Shown: positions 41,490 to 58,149, counted from the first letter of the stretch. The stretch: DNA of 64,000 bases from Octopus vulgaris (GCA_951406725.2 OX597822.1:79856001-79920000), one strand, 5' to 3'. The notes: generated from the sequence alone by a model not told the origin. Numbers and translations: made by a program.

Positions 41490-42060
41490 TTGATACTTTG
41501 ATAGGTTTCGGCCATTATTGGCCCAGGCCATGTCTAACTTAATAGCACCACCTGGTGAAGTCTTTCAAGTCAGAATTTAGGCACTATGGCCCACTCAAGT
41601 AGAGAGTTATTATTTACAGAGACATATCCGGGTGTAGGGGGTTTATCTGGGATTTCTTGAAGGAATCTGTCCAAAGACTTCTTGAACCCTATAGGGTCTG
41701 TTTCTGTTTTAATGTGTTTTGGTGTAATGTTAAAGAGAGCGGGGCCAATTGAGGTGAAATAATTGTGCCGTATTGTTGTTATGAGATGAGAGTGCGATTT
41801 TTGTTTTGGGCGGATGGCACGGGGCCCAAGCCTTGGATGTACCTTAAAGGTGATGCCAACATCATTTGGGCAATGCTGATGGAATATTTTCCACATCATG
41901 CAGATGATGTAGCGCTCACGACGACGTTGGAGATAATAAAGTTTTAGCTTTTCTAGTCGACCCCAATAGTCGAGGCCTGTCATGCCATCTATCTTTTTTG
42001 TGATTGCCCTTTGAGGTGCTTCAACTTTTATGATACTTTGTTTTGTGTGGGGAGACCACA
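41490..42060 (-). mobile_element. CR1/L2-like LINE 3' fragment
   Basis: WSPH...QRAITKKI...YWGRL..LKLY.LQRRRERY...FKKSLDRFLQEIPDKP. Confidence 0.85.
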
Positions 42061-43621
<1,561 letters not shown>

Positions 43622-43848
43622 AATATATATATATATCAAATATATATATATATATCTAATATATATATATCAAATATATATATATATCTAAAATATATAT
43701 ATATATCAAATATATATATATATCTAATATATATATATATATCAAATATATATATATATCTAATATATATATACATATATATATATATAATATATCTAAT
43801 ATATATATATATATCTAATATATATATATACATATATATATACATATA

Positions 43849-43963
<115 letters not shown>

Positions 43964-44010
43964 ATATATATATATATATATAATATATAATATATATATA
44001 TATATATATA

Positions 44011-44382
44011 TTGATTGATTGATTGATTGATTCTAGTTTCAGCTTATGAGCTGTGGCCATGCTGGGGCACCGCCATTTTGTGTTGCTACTTGGTTTCACT
44101 TCATGGAGGCTTTCTAGCAGCTGCTATTTGGTGCATGAGAGAGTTCGATACAGCTGCACTCATCTGCCCCTCCTGCCGTGAAGTTGGTTCATCTGGGACA
44201 CCTGACAGGAAGAGATCCAGCTTCATTTTAAAGACATCTGTATCCACCCCATGCAGGTCTCTCAGGTTCTTCGGGAGGATATTGAAGAGCTGTGGGCCTC
44301 GGAAGCCCAGGCTATCACAGTATCTTGTCCTACATCTTGATGGCAGGTTTGGAGTCCTAGGCACCACGCAGTGGCGCCCAGT
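44011..44382 (-). mobile_element. Short 5'-truncated copy of the adjacent CR1/L2-like LINE
   Basis: Nearly identical to 45941-46313, with the (AATC)n tail. Confidence 0.92.
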
Positions 44383-44410
44383 ATATATATATATCTAATA
44401 TATATATCTA

Positions 44411-44472
<62 letters not shown>

Positions 44473-44591
44473 AATATACATATATATAAATATATATATA
44501 TACTAATATATATATATATCAAATATATATATATATATATCAAATATATATATATATATAATATATATATATACATATATATATACATATA

Positions 44592-44755
<164 letters not shown>

Positions 44756-44761
44756 AATAAA

Positions 44762-45728
<967 letters not shown>

Positions 45729-45761
45729 AATATATATATATATATCTAATATATATATATA

Positions 45762-45860
<99 letters not shown>

Positions 45861-46032
45861 AATATATATATATATATATATATATCTAATATATATATAT
45901 ATCTAATATATATATATATATAATATATATATATATATATGATTGATTGATTGATTGATTGATTCTAGTTTCAGCTTATGAGCTGTGGCCATGCTGGGGC
46001 ACCGCCATTTGGTGTTGCTACTTGGTTTCACT

Positions 46033-49025
46033 TCATGGAGGCTTTCTAGCAACTGCTATTTGGTGCATGAGAGAGTTCGATGCAGCTGCCCTCATCTGCC
46101 CCTCCTGCCGTGAAGTTGGTTCATCTGGGACACCTGACAGGAAGAGATCCAGCTTCATTTTAAAGACATCTGTATCCACCCCATGCAGGTCTCTCAGGTT
46201 CTTCGGGAGGATATTGAAGAGCTGTGGGCCTCGGAAGCCCAGGCTATCACAGAATCTTGTCCTACATCTTGATGGCAGGTTTGGAGTCCTAGGCACCACG
46301 CAGTGGCGCCCAGTTCTGGCATTTGCGTAACTCTCGATGCCAAAGTTCAGGACACTTCCCTCCAGGATCTTCCAGATGTATATTATGGCATATCTTTCCC
46401 GCCTACGCTCCAGGGAATATAATTTTAATCTCTTGAGTCTTTCCCAGTAGCTTACATTCTGCATAGAGGCTATCTTCTTTGTGTAGCTTCGTTGGATCGC
46501 CTCAAGTTCTGTGATCAACTTGACACTGGATGGTGACCATAGCTGAGAGCAATAGTCAAAGTGGCTTAGGACAAGTGTCTTCCAGAGGACCATCATGGTT
46601 TCTTGTTCTCTTGTTCTAAAGGTTCTAAGAATCCATCCAGCCAGCCGTCTACATTTCATTGTCAGTTTAGCAACATGTACATGAAAGGTCGCGTCATCAC
46701 TCATGTGAATACCCAGGTCACGCACTGATTGTGCCTCTGGGATTGCAATCCCTCCGGGTCCAGTGTATTCATTGGGTATTGCATTCAGTTTTGCATGCTG
46801 ATAGTATAAAGCTTGAAACTTTCCAGCATTGAACTGCATGCTATTCTTTTCAGCCCACTTGTATATTTCGTCCAGCTCACATTGCAGGTGTTTAGTGTCC
46901 TCAGGGTTCTGTATTGCCTGTGAAACTTTTGTATCATCTGCATAACTTGTGATCGTGGCTCTCTGCGTGGCTGAGGGCATGTCTGAGAGGGCCATTATGA
47001 ACAGTAGTGGTCCCAGAACAGTGCCCTGCGGAACACCGCTCACTATTTGTGTGTTAATGGAGGTGGCCCCATTGGCTACTACCACCTGACTTCTATCCTT
47101 CAGAAAGTCATGAAGCCATTCTCCCAGTTTTCCAACTATGTTGAGATCACGCAGTTTGTGACATATTCCATGATCGACTTTATCAAAGGCCTTTGCAAAG
47201 TCGAGATATATCACTTCCACATTTGAGTGGTTGAGCAGCCGTTTCAGCACCCAGTCATAGTGTTGTAGGAGCTGAGTTAAACAGCTTCTCCCTGGTCGGA
47301 AACCATGTTGGGTGTCGGGCAGCAAGTCATTCTCTTCAAGGAAGGTGATCAGCTTCCTTCTGACTATTCGTTCCATGACCTTGCTGATGTGTGAGGTCAG
47401 AGAGATAGGTCTATAGTTCTTGGCTTCCGCTCTGCTACCTCCTTTATGAATGGGGCATATTTTACCTTCCTTCAGTTTTCCTGGAAGTTTGCCAGCTGCA
47501 AGGAAGCTCTGAAAGAGGAACTGCAGTGGTCTTGCTAGGACTCTCTTACATGCTTTTAGGAGGATTGCCGGGAATCCATCGGGGCCAGTAGCTGAGTCTG
47601 TTTTCATTTCATCTATAGCCTTGGTTACATCGTCTTCCTTTATATCGATGTAATCTATCGTCGCCGCCTCTGATTTTATATCTGCAGTGGTAAAAAAGTC
47701 AGTTGGATTGGTGATTTGGAGATGCCCAAGGGGTGGAGTAAAACACTCTTGAATTGCTCATTCAGTATTTCACTTACCCTCATTGGTTTTCCTGTAAGTG
47801 TGCCATCCTTTTCGAGGAGTGGCCCTATTCTACAGTGCACTGTAGCTGTTTCTTTGGCATACCTGTAGAAAGCTCTGGGGTTAGATTTTATGTTTTCTAT
47901 AGCCCAGGCTTCTTTGTCTGCTCTTTCTTTTTCATGGGAGCGTTGCAGACATTTTTCGATTTCCAACAGTTTTATTTTTAGGCGGGACTTTTCACTGCTT
48001 TCAATCTGTTTGTTTAGGCGATTTGAAAATTTCGTACGCCGTCTCATTAAAATTTTCCTCTCTCTGGGGATTTTGTTCTTGTGTACAGTGGCCTTTCTCT
48101 CTGGGACACATTTGTAGCATATGGCTTGCATTACAGACATGAATTGTTGAAGTTTCACGTCGATGTCTGGCGAGGAGAGACATTTAGGCCAGTTTTGTTT
48201 GAGGATCTCTTTCTCAATTTGTTTCCAGTTTGCCTTATGGTAGTTCAAGCTGGAAAGATTTTGAGGGTTTCTTGTAGGCTGCATGTCCGTGCTCTCTTTT
48301 GGCCCGTACATGGTCAGCTCTATCATGTTGTGATCCGAGAGTAGTGTCGGTGTCACTTTCACATTATGGATGAGATCCATGTCATTTGTGAAGCAGAGAT
48401 CCAGTGTGTTACCTGCCCTGGTTGGTTGGAGTATTACCTGCTCCATGTACAGGGTGTTGATGAGGTTCAGGAGGGACCTCGCCTGTCCTCGTTCACATCT
48501 TGTCATTCCTGGGAGAGAAAGGCCCTCGGGCCATCTGACATTGGGCAGATTGAAGTCTCCCATAAGAAGCACACCTATGTGTTGTTCTAATGTGGTTAGA
48601 ATTTCTTCTATTTTTATAAGGCAGTCTTCGAACTTGCCCACATGGCTTGGGGCATCTGGAGGGCGATATGTAGCACACACAACTACATCAAGTTGCCTAA
48701 TATGTACAATTAGTGTGTCACACACCGAGTTTGAGTATGACAAGAGGACCTGGGGTGTGAGGTCCTCACGGATGTACATAGCAACACCTCCATGACTCCT
48801 TTCTTTCCTGTCGGTCCGTAGTCCAGCATACTGTGGTATGTGTAACTCCGCATCTGCTATGTCCGGTTTCAGGTGCGTTTCTGTAAGTGCTATGCATAAG
48901 GCTTGATTGCATGCAACAAAGTCTCTCAGGAACGGAATCTTTGTCCTGTTACTGAGTGTTTGCAGTCCTCTGATGTTCAGTAGGAGTATCGAGGTGAGGT
49001 GTACGTTGTTGCCGGCGGTGTCCAT
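46033..49025 (-). CDS. LINE ORF2 (APE endonuclease + reverse transcriptase), one frameshift near 47700
   Basis: LLNIRGL, IALTETHL, GGVAMY, YRPP, MGDFNLP, LDLCFTN, SDHN; then YRPISLTS, QHGFRPGRSC, YLDFAKAFDKV, SGVPQGTVLGPLLF, YADD. Confidence 0.93.
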
Positions 49026-49887
49026 CCTGTGTCTGTTTGCTGTGGTGGTCTGGTATATAGTGGGTAGTCCCACCTGCGGGCTTGGGTTTGATGAAGCCAG
49101 GTCAGCTGCTGTACAATCTTTTGTGCCATGCACAAAAAAGATTGTTGCTCAGCAGCTGCTCTTTCGACAACATCATGTTGGCTGTTTGTGGCGCGCACAA
49201 CATCTGCGTACCTCCGCTTTGGGGCAGGTGGTGCGTGGTCCATCCCTTTTCTTTGTGTTGATGGTTTGTCCATCTGCCTCGTGTCTCTGTGGCAGGGTCC
49301 CCGATGTGCAAAGCGGCAGCCTGCACCTTCCTTTCCATGCCAGCAGGAACCTCTCAGGTAGAACATACACACCCGTGTGCGCTGTTTGGTTCCATCCTTT
49401 GCGGTTCCACTTCTATTCCTGGTTGTTTCACTCTTTGGTCCTGCTTGAGCTTTTTCTTTTCCTTTAGCTCTTCCAGTCCTTCTTTTAGTTCTTCTTCCTC
49501 CTCTACCTCTTCACCGGGTTCTCCGTCTCCATGGCCCTTGCTGCCGGTTGGAGAACTTGCACCTGGGTTCACTTCCCGGGCAGGTTTCTCATTCAAAACC
49601 TCCTCCCGGGCGTCCACCAGGTGGGGGTGACTTCTTTCATCGTCTCCATTCTTGCCATCTTTGCCCCGCTCGTTCTCAAAGATGGCATCAAGTGCGCCAA
49701 TGTGCGACCGTACAAGCGCATATGAGCGCACGAATTCCTGTCTCTTTCGCTCCATCTGAGCCGCTGTCCTCTTGTAGCCTCTGCTCTTCAGCGCAGCCGC
49801 AATCACCTCGCTAGGGCTATCTCCGCCGGCGCACTCCCATGCTCGTACGAATAAATCCAGCTCGTCACGTCTCCATGCTCTGGACAT
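48977..49887 (-). CDS. LINE ORF1 with Myb/SANT-like (trihelix) N-terminus and CCCH zinc finger, split over two frames
   Basis: WRRDELDLFVRAW...IAAALKSRGYKRTAAQMERKRQEFVRSY...LDAIF, and CMFYLRGSCWHGKEGAGCRFAH (C-x7-C-x8-C-x3-H). Confidence 0.7.
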
Positions 49888-49939
49888 GCTGGATAATCCG
49901 TCTATCCGTTTATCTATCTAATTATGTTCGAGAGAAGAC

Positions 49940-51425
49940 AGGAAGATATTAAGGCTAATTAGAAGATAGAGTACTTGAAAAAGAAATATTAACAATATTA
50001 AAGTTTGTATAAAAACGTTATTTGGGTAAAAACGTTATTTAATCTTAAGGCTAATTAGGGGATAGAGTATCTGAAAATGTATTAGCAATATTAATATTAT
50101 ATTAGAGTGTGGATAAAAACGTTGTTTAATCTTAAGGCTAATTAGGAGATAGAGTATCTGAAAATATATTAGCAATATTAATATTATATTAGAGTGTGGG
50201 TAAAAAAAACAAAAAAAAAACGTTATTTAATTTTAAGGCTAATTTGGAGATAGAGTATCTGAAAATATATTAGCAATATTAATATTATATTAGAGTGTGG
50301 GTAATATTAAACGTTATTTAATTTAATCTTAAGGCTAATTAGAAGACAGAGTATCTGAAAAATTATATATACAATATTAAGCAATATTAACCGTTATTTA
50401 ATTTAATCTTAAGGCTAATTAGACGTTATTAATATTAAACGTTATTTAATTTAATCTTAAGGCTAATTAGAAGATAGAGTATCTGAAAATATATTAGCAA
50501 TATTAATATTATATTAGAGTGTGGATAAAAACGTTATTTAATCTTAAGGCTAATCAGGAGATAGAGTATCTGAAAATATATTAGCAATGTTAATATTATA
50601 TTAGAGTGTGGGTAATATTAAACGTTATTTAATTTAATCTTAAGGCTAATTAGAAGATAGAGTATCTGAAGAATTATTAACAATATTAAAACAATATTAA
50701 ACGTTATTTAATTTAATCTTAAGGCTAATTAACACTAATTATTAACAATATTAAACAATATTAAACGTTATTTAATTTAATCCTAAGGCTAATTAACAAT
50801 AATTATTAACAATATTAAACAATATTAAACGTTATTTAATTTAATCTTAAGGCTAATTAACAGTAATTATTTACAATATTAAACAATATTAAACGTTATT
50901 TAATTTAATCCTAAGGCTAATTAACAATAATTATTAACAATATTAAACGTTATTTAATTTAATCCTAAGGCTAATGAGACGTTATTAATATTAAACGTTA
51001 TTTAATTTAATCTTAAGGCTAATTAGAAGATAGAGTATCTGAAAAATTATTAACAATATTAAAACAATATTAAACGTTATTTAATTTAATCTTAAGGCTA
51101 ATTAACAATAATTATTAACAATATTAAACAATATTAAACGTTATTTAATTTAATCCTAAGGCTAATTTGACGGTATCAATATTAAACGTTATTTAATTTA
51201 ATCTTAAGGCTAATTAGAAGATAGAGTATCTGAAAAATTATTAACAATATTAAAACAATATTAAACGTTATTTAATTTAATCTTAAGGCTAATTAACAAT
51301 AATTATTAACAATATTAAACAATATTAAACGTTATTTAATTTAATCCTAAGGCTAATTTGACGGTATCAATATTAAACGTTATTTAATTTAATCTTAAGG
51401 CTAATTAGAAGATAGAGTATCTGGA
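49940..51425. repeat. AT-rich minisatellite (about 45-75-bp monomers) in the LINE 5' UTR, with a 191-bp higher-order unit
   Basis: Core aacgttatttaatttaatc(t/c)taaggctaatt repeated more than 20 times. Marker tttgacggtatc at 51166 and 51357. Confidence 0.9.
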
Positions 51426-51889
51426 AAATTATTATATCGAGAACAGATATTGAAAATGTAAACAAACAAAATGACGATCGCAACTTTAACTAAGATGTGG
51501 GCCTAAGTGAAAGATAAAATAGAATAATAAATAAAATATGAAATAGATGAAATTGATACTTAATCCAACAATGTGGTCTGGATTATTATTTTTTTTTTTT
51601 GGTTTACGGGATTTTTTTCAGGAGAGATGCTTCTTTTTTCTTTCTTGCAGGAGATAACTTGATTCAGTTATTTTTGCACCATGTGCGTTTCGGCGAAAAT
51701 GAAAATTACTGTGTATATGTATATATTTATATATATATTTTAAAAAATATTTTTAACCAAAGTGTTGTAGTGATCTCTATGACTTAGAGTTTTACGTTTT
51801 GCAACTACAGTGGGTTATTTCGCCGTTCTATGCAAACTTTTTCACAGAGCAAAGGCAATCACGTCTTTCTCTGCTGAAAACGGAACCGG

Positions 51890-52006
<117 letters not shown>

Positions 52007-52320
52007 TATATATTGATATATATATATCTATCTAATATATATATATATCTAATATATATATATCTATCTAATATATATATATCTATCTAATATATATATA
52101 TATAATATATATATCTATCTAATATATTTAAATAATGAGGAAGATCTATTATATATATATATATCTAATATATATATATATATATATATATATCTAATAT
52201 ATATATATATATATATAATATATATATATATCTAATATATATATTTATATATATATATCTAATATATATATATATCTAATATATATATTTATATATATAT
52301 ATCTAATATATATATATATA

Positions 52321-52384
<64 letters not shown>

Positions 52385-52473
52385 AATATATATATATAAC
52401 TAATATATATATATATATATATATATCTAATATATATATATATCTAATATATATATATATCTAATATATATAT

Positions 52474-52599
<126 letters not shown>

Positions 52600-52624
52600 T
52601 ACTGAATGTAGGATGGCTGCTGCG

Positions 52625-55043
52625 CGGAAACTGTAAAAAGAAAATTTCATTCCTGAGAGACCTTGTGACATGCAATCAAGCTATATGCATGGCACTCACA
52701 GAAACGCATCTTGAACCCGATATAGGTGATGCAGAATACACATGCCGCAATATGCAGTCATACGCACAGATAGAAAAGGGAGGAGCCATGGTGGAGTTGC
52801 AATGTACATCCGAGATGACCTCACGCCCCAGGTCCTGCTGTCATATTCAAACTCATAAACAAAAACATAAGACAACTGAATATTGTCATATGCGCTACAT
52901 ATCGCCCACCAGATGCCCCCAAACACTCAGGCATGTTTGAAGACTGCCTAACAAAAATAGGAGAAGTCCTCACCAACATTGAACAGCACAACAGTGTATT
53001 CTTCATGGGTGACTTTAACCTCCCCAATGTGGAATGGCCTGGGGGGGGGGCAGATGCTCCCAGGGATGACACACCATCAGCAGGCACAGGTGGAGTCCCT
53101 GCTCCATCTCACAAATGCCTCTTTCATGGAGCAAATAGTTCTGCAACCAACAAGGGCAGATAATATACTGGATCTCTGCTTCACAAACAATATGGATATT
53201 ATCCATAATGTTAATGTGATGCCGACAATGATCTCGGATCACAACATAATAGAGCTGTCTATGTATGGAACAAAAGCCCCCGTAGACACACAGCCTATAC
53301 GAAGCATCCACCATCTCTCCAACTTAAACTTTCATAAAACCAACTGGAAGTTGATTGAGAAAGAGATCCTCATACAGGATTGGCCTGAATGTCTCTCCAC
53401 ACCGGACATAAACATGAAACACAAACACTTCATGTCCATAATACAAACCATATTTGACAAATATGTCCCAGTGTGCAAGGCCAGCACACACAAGAACAAA
53501 AACAGGATCCCTAGAGAAAGGAGGATTCTTATGAGACGACGGACAAGGATTGCAAACCGCAAGAGCAAGCATACCAAAAGTGGTGAGAAGTCTTGGCTCG
53601 AAAGAATGCTAATGGAAACTGAGAAAAGTCTACATCAGTCCCATGAAAAGGAGAGAGCAGATAAAGAAGCTTGGGTAATAGAAAATATAAAATCAAACCC
53701 TAAAGCTTTCTTTAAGTTTGCCAAAGAGACAGCCACAGTGCACCAGAGAATAGGACATCTCTTCCAAAAAGATGGCTCTCTCACAGGAAATCCCATGAGG
53801 ATAAGTGAAATACTGAACGAACAGTTCCGAAGTGTGTTCACTACACCTCTAGGACACAGGCAAGTGAACAACCCAGAAGAATTCTTTGCCACTTTACCTG
53901 CGGCCAAAGAGACAAAACTTGAGTATATCAACATCGAAGATGATGATATCACACTAGCCATTGATGAGATTGACACAAACTCAGCTGCTGGACCTGATGG
54001 ATTCCCAGCGATCCTTCTCAAATCGTGCAAACGAGCCCTTGCAAAACCGCTACAGCTTCTTTTTCAGAGCTTTCTTGAGAGTGGTAAGCTCCCAGTCAAA
54101 TTGAAAGAGGGGTTAATATGCCCTATCCATAAGCAGATGCTAAAAATTATAGGCCTATCTCTCTGACCTCACACATCAGCAAAGTCATGGAACGAATAGT
54201 CCGTAAGAAACTAATCATGTTCCTTGAAGAAAATGACTTGCTGTCTGAACCCAGCATGGATTTCGACCAGGTTGAGGCTGCCTAACACAGCTCCTGCAAC
54301 ACTATGACTGGGTGTTGAAACAGCTACTAAATGGCTCAAATGTGGATGTAATTTATCTCGACTTTGCAAAAGCCTTTGATAAAGTCGACCATGGTATGAT
54401 CTGTCACAAACTGCGTGGTCTCGGCATAGGCGGAAAACTTGGAGAGTGGCTGCACAACTTCCTAAAAGACAGAAAACAGGCAGTTGTGAGCAATGGAGCC
54501 ACCTCCAAGGAAACGCAAATAACAAGCGGTGTCCCACAGGGCACTGTCTTGGGGCCACTGATGTTCATAATGGCCCTTTCAGACATGCCTTCAGTTGCTA
54601 CGATGACCACCCTTGCTAGCTATGCAGATGACACAAAAGTCTCCCACGCAATACAAAACCCTGAAAATATTGCGCATCTGCAACATGAGCTGGACACAAT
54701 ATACAGGTGGGCTGAGGACAACAACATGCAGTTTAATGCAGGTAAGTTCCAGGCCCTGCGCTACTGGCACACAAAGGTAAATGACGTGAAGACTGGATAC
54801 ACTGGCCCAGGAAGAATTGCAATCCCTGAGTCAAAATCAGTGCGTGACCTGGGCATTGACATGAGCAATGATGCATCTTTCCAAATGCATATTGCTAATC
54901 TGGTGATAAAATGCAGACGGCTAGCTTGATGGATTCTCCGAACTTTCAGAACAAGAGAGAAGGAGACACTGATGGTCCTATGGAAAACATTCGTCCTCAG
55001 CCGCTTGGACTATTGCTCCCAACTTTGGTCACCACACAATATA
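52625..55043 (+). mobile_element. Second CR1/L2-like LINE subfamily, decayed APE + RT, truncated at both ends
   Basis: ALTETHL, MGDFNLP, LDLCFTN, SDHN, GPDGFP, YLDFAKAFDKV, SGVPQGTVLGP, YADD. Multiple frameshifts and stops; ends at WSPHNIK. Confidence 0.92.
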
Positions 55044-55405
55044 AAACAAAAACAAATTACATGAACGTATATAAGCAGGAGATACAAATATTACAGGCAT
55101 TTCCCCCCACACGCACACTAACTAAACATAGACACACATAGAGGTATACGCATGCGCAAATGAAGACACATACAATAGAAATACAAAATGACTGACCGTT
55201 AGTAAGGAGAGACACACAAATAAGAAAGAAGAAAGCAAAGGGCCACTGATGCGGTCACAGGAGTGTGACGAAAGAACTCTGGCCGAAATAAGATTAAGAT
55301 TAATGTAAAAAATAAATAACGCTGAAGCAAAGTAACACCAAATATATAGTGCGTGTGTTTTTATTGGCTAAACTGGCAAAATGACCATTCCTAAATACAA
55401 CAATA
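55044..55405 (+). mobile_element. Penelope pseudo-LTR (same family as 19405-19766)
   Basis: High similarity to 19405-19766. Confidence 0.85.
55241..55284 (+). ncRNA. Type I hammerhead variant (A9C family), best-preserved copy
   Basis: GGCCA-CTGATGC-G-GTCACA ggag TGTGAC-GAAA-GAAC-TC-TGGCC. Perfect stems I and II. Confidence 0.6.
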
Positions 55406-55412
55406 TATATAT

Positions 55413-55799
55413 AGGCGCAGGAGTGACTGTGCGGTAAGTAGCTTGCTTACCAACCACATGGTTCCGGGTTCAGTCCCACTGCGTATCATCTTGGGCAAGT
55501 GACTTCTGCTATAGCCTCGGGCCGACCAATGCCTTGTGAGTGGATTTGGTAGACGGAAACTGAAAGAAGCCTGTCGTATATATGTATATATATATGTATG
55601 TGTGTGTATGTTTGTGTGTCTGTGTTTGTCCCCCTAGCATTGCTTGACAACCGATGCTGGTGTGTTTACGTCCCCGTCACTTAGCGGTTCGGCATAAGAG
55701 ACCGATACAATAAGTACTGGGCTTACAAAGAATAAGTCCCGGGGTCGATTTGCTCGACTAAAGGCGGTCAAATGACTTAAACAAGTAAAAGAGTAAAGA

Positions 55800-55800
<1 letters not shown>
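55413..55800 (+). mobile_element. tRNA-derived SINE (OK-like)
   Basis: ggcgcaggagtgactgtgcggtaag head, ggttcagtccc B box, aagagt tail. Confidence 0.85.
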
Positions 55801-55876
<76 letters not shown>

Positions 55877-57000
55877 CTTATATATCTAATTTATATATAT
55901 ATAATGTACTGTTCCGTGATAGAAGATTCAACAAAATATTACTCCCTCTGGTGAGAGATAAATACCATTACTTAAAGGCCACAGTACATGCATTTAAACG
56001 CTTTTGATAGTTTGATGAATTTGAGTATTTCTCGACGTATAAAACTATTAGCACAATTAAATACTTGTACCGTCCCCTTTAAATAATATTGATAATAATA
56101 ATAGCTATCTACAAATATATTATTATTAATACTATTATAAGGCTTGTCAAAAGGCAGAGGACTCGTGAGTAGTTAACGGCTGTCCTATTATACGTATATA
56201 ATGATTATATATTTATATTTTTATATACTTTTTATGATAGAGCTCGAAATAGATTGAGCTATAAATAATAGCTTGGGTTAAAACACCCTGAATTGAGAAA
56301 GTCGAAGGCTTCTTGTAGGACTCTAACCCTCATTTTCTCTAAACATGACAGACGTTAGACTATACAATGTGGATAACTTAAAAACGGAATTGGACATTCT
56401 CCTAACCTCGATTCCAGACTAGCCAACGGTCCCGGTAGCAAATGCAGACAAAAGCAATGGTGTCAAACTCCGCCATGCACCTAATGCTCTAACCACGAAG
56501 TAAAAAGCATATGCGAAAGTTATTATGAAATCCTACCCACCCCAGTAAAAACCAGCCACAGAAGAGGTCTATGGAAAGGGTACTAATTTACGATGGTGGA
56601 CCAGCATAATCGCAACCTCATTGCTTAAACGTATAAAAGAATAACGGAATATGTATAATTTATGTGTTTGCATGTAAATTGATGGAAGCATGCGAGAATG
56701 TGCTTACAAAATTGGATTCGCAGTCATAAGCTCCAGGTGTATTAAAAGGTGTCGTTTTAAAATACCTTATTTGGTTTTCCAACCAATAAAGATCTCTGAA
56801 ATAAATACCTGACTGGGACGAGTAATAAGGTTGATGTGATTGACAATAACGCTTGGAGTCAGTGCACCAGAATGGGCGCAGGCCAGGGCGTTGCCACCTC
56901 GTTTTAGAATAGCTTTTATTTATTTTAAAATTTCGTACCATTTTTTCCCAAGATTTTCTCTTTTGTTTTTTTATCGTTTTTACTTTTTGTTTTCTTTGAT

Positions 57001-57458
57001 TTATTTTTCACTTTTCCTTCTTATAGCATCGAGCTTTTCGTCTTTTGTAATTATCCATTCGGGTTGCTTCGTGTGTATATTCGATTTGCGTATAAAACGT
57101 TCGATGGTGTCTTGGGTTCGATGTATCGTCATTCCAATCATTTGAACGATGAGCGAAACCCCGAACAGAGAGCCATTGATTAAACCAAATAAATTCAACT
57201 TAGACTTTTCGGCTGTAATGTTTGTGTAAATGTATCCAAGGATGATCATCCAGATCGTGTTACAAGTCAGAAATGCGAAAACACTTTTGACGCGCAACTT
57301 CCGGAGTTTTTCAGCGATTTCCGACTTTGGTGCACCCATCCTCACCGTTGAACCAATAACGAAATCTCGTAGAAACCTCCAGAATTTGTATTCGACTTCT
57401 TCTTCATACTTGTCGAAGAGGCTAAAGCTTTGAGTGGAAGAATTCAAACTGGAAGAAA
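57001..57458 (-). CDS. Chitin synthase-like gene copy B, last coding exon
   Basis: cttttatttcAG acceptor at 57460-57459, phase 1. EYKFWRFL...LRKLR...NTIW...LFGVSLIVQMIGMTIHR; TAA stop at 57003-57001. Confidence 0.85.
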
Positions 57459-58064
57459 CTGAAATAAAAGAAAATATATGAAATAATTAAAAAAATAAGG
57501 TGCAGGTGTGGTTTTTTTTTTTTGAAGTTTCATTTCCAGTCACATGGTTCTACGTTCAATCCAACTGTGTGGCACTTTCAGTATCTGTTTTCTGCTGTTC
57601 TACTAAAGCAACGAGCCGACCAAAAGTCTTGTGAATAGATTTGGTAGACTGAAGACAAAAGAACGTTTTGTGTGTGTGCTTGCGTGTGTGTGTGTGTGTG
57701 TGTGTTCTCACCGCCACTTGACCACAGATAATTTGTTAACTTTTCCGTTAATTAGCGATTTGGTAAAAATTTCCGATAAAATAAGAACGAGACATTAAAA
57801 GAAATGTCCTGGTGTCAATTTATTCGACTAGGCCTTACAAGGTGGTGCCCCAACATGGCCGCAGTCTGAAAGATACAAAAAATATAAAAAAAGAAAAATA
57901 TAACAACTAGAACAAATGAATTATTTTTCTATTGTGAGTTGTAGCCATTGGATTGAAGCAAAGCCACCAAGGGAGAGTTTCTTATAGTTTCTGTTTCCCT
58001 TGTGGCAACATCGTGAAGAGGAAATGTGAAAGAATACAAAGGAAGCAAACATGGATTAACTTAC

Positions 58065-58149
58065 TTTTATCTTTCTTTATCTTCTTTTTCTTTTTTCGAC
58101 GTTTACGGATTTTGGGGAAACAAAGCAGCTTCGGAGCGGAGGCTTTGTT
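58065..58149 (-). CDS. Chitin synthase-like gene copy B, 85-nt polybasic exon
   Basis: ttgcAG / GTAAGT boundaries; NKASAPKLLCFPKIRKRRKKKKKIKKDK. Phases 0 and 1 fit both neighbouring exons. Confidence 0.85.

Noticed and set aside
49940-51425. CRISPR-like appearance of a constant core with variable intervening sequence
   Set aside because: Intervening segments are related to each other, there are no cas genes, and the context is a eukaryotic LINE. It is a minisatellite.
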